Positions 62,662 to 64,000 of a stretch of 64,000 nt of DNA are shown in pieces. How positions within the stretch are numbered: position 1 is the first letter of the stretch; the number at the start of each line of letters is the position of its first letter. Source of the DNA: Raillietiella orientalis (taxonomy: Eukaryota); contig JAYWIR010000013.1 of NCBI GenBank assembly GCA_036172245.1, forward strand, positions 682,001-746,000, read 5' to 3'. The translations under genes and the position numbers were made by a program. The notes below the pieces were generated by a model. The model was not told the origin of the DNA. It was given only the letters and a program-made list of their open reading frames with translations, and did not search any database.

Positions 62662-64000
62662 CTACATAACGAAAAATTCTGTTCATATTAAAAAAATCCC
62701 ATTAATGTGATTTTTCTTTTGTTCCTCTCTTCACACCAGTAACAAATACGGTCAATGTTTTCCGAAACGTTGCTGTAAGGATAGTTCTGTTACACCCTAA
62801 ACGGAAAAATCGAAAAACATTGTAAAAAAATATGTGGTGCGCTTAAGAAAATTTACACAAGCACTTCCCAATGTACCGAATCGGACACTTCCTTCTGCAG
62901 ATTGCACACGTTCTTTTCCTTTTCCTTCTTAAGCATTAAAGAAAAAATCCCAGATTCATGAACATTTTTGGAATTTAAACTTAAATTGATGAATAACTTC
63001 CTTTCACAGATAACACAGTAGTAAAGGAATAATTTTTGAAGGTGATGGAATCATTTATTTTACAAGTTCAAAGTAAGAAAAAATTCCATAGTTCCTTGGA
63101 TTGAAATCAAAATCGGGAAAGATACCGCAGATTACGACAGCAAAGAACGAGGAAAAACCTCTTCAAATCAAATGTGAGGTGGCTTATGGGGTTCTTGCGG
63201 GGGAGAAGAGATTTTAGCGTTTTATGCAACCACAACCGGACGGAAGACACCACGGAATTCTTGTGACTGCTCAGAGGTGTTCTCGAAGCTTTGCCTTCAG
63301 ATGGGCACTCGACTGAATTGTACATTTTAAACAGACTGCGGAATACGGAGGGCTAATCGAACGGATAGTACGCTGATGCAACTCGAAAAAACATAAATTT
63401 CCTTGATCAAATAACTTGGTTAACGAATATTTGATCGACGGAACCCGAAAGGATCGTTTCGCTGAGAGCTGTTTTCGAGTGGAACTTAACGTTTCACGTG
63501 ATTCAAGATAAACAGGAAAATGTTGATATGATGGGCTCCTGATATCAAGAGCATTTTGGGAAAATTCAAAACACTGTCGTTTCTGTTGCGTGTCAGTGTC
63601 GTAGCAAAGGGAAATCTCTCGTTTAATGATCGCACGAAAGTCAGGTCATCATGTGAATTAATACACATGCGCTAAAGGGCAATAGAAACGACATCGGTGT
63701 CATACAATTAGCACACGCCCAAAACTTTGTTTTGTCTTTTTTTTTGTTAAAAAAAAACTTAACCTAACATACCTTTTTTGCTATTTTTTTTTAGAAAAAA
63801 AAGCAAAAAAAGACAAAAAAGTTTTCGGCACAGACACATGCAAATGTGTAACATTACATGTTTGTACATGGAGAATTATCAAGGGTAATAAAAGTGGTTC
63901 TACAAGCATGAACGTACAGATAAAAAACGGAAATGTACATGGTTGGACTATTCGCAACTCGAAGGACCCTTCTTTTGCTAATTAGGTTGCATCGTCTTAT

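Overview
Eukaryotic (invertebrate, most likely arthropod) genomic window with two sharply different compartments. Left half (1 to ~33.4 kb): very GC- and CpG-rich DNA holding an intronless SoxB1/SoxNeuro gene (+, 2010-3254) followed by a ~30 kb gene desert whose many long ORFs are low-complexity GC artefacts. Right half (~38-64 kb): AT-rich DNA with a complete 5-exon MPDU1 gene (-, 43697-47046, 243 aa) and the 3' 16 exons of a Lar-type receptor tyrosine phosphatase (-, 57805-62661; FN3 repeats, TM, PTP D1+D2, 43-61 bp mini-introns; 5' part lies beyond the window). Between them lie mobile-element relics: a LINE ORF2 C-terminal fragment (55142-55375) and two diverged copies (~34.3-35.5 kb and ~50.1-51.2 kb) of an unclassified hairpin-rich repeat, which is the most unusual object I found. 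No rRNA, bona fide tRNA, CRISPR or prokaryotic system is evident. All calls were made by eye from the sequence; no database search was run.
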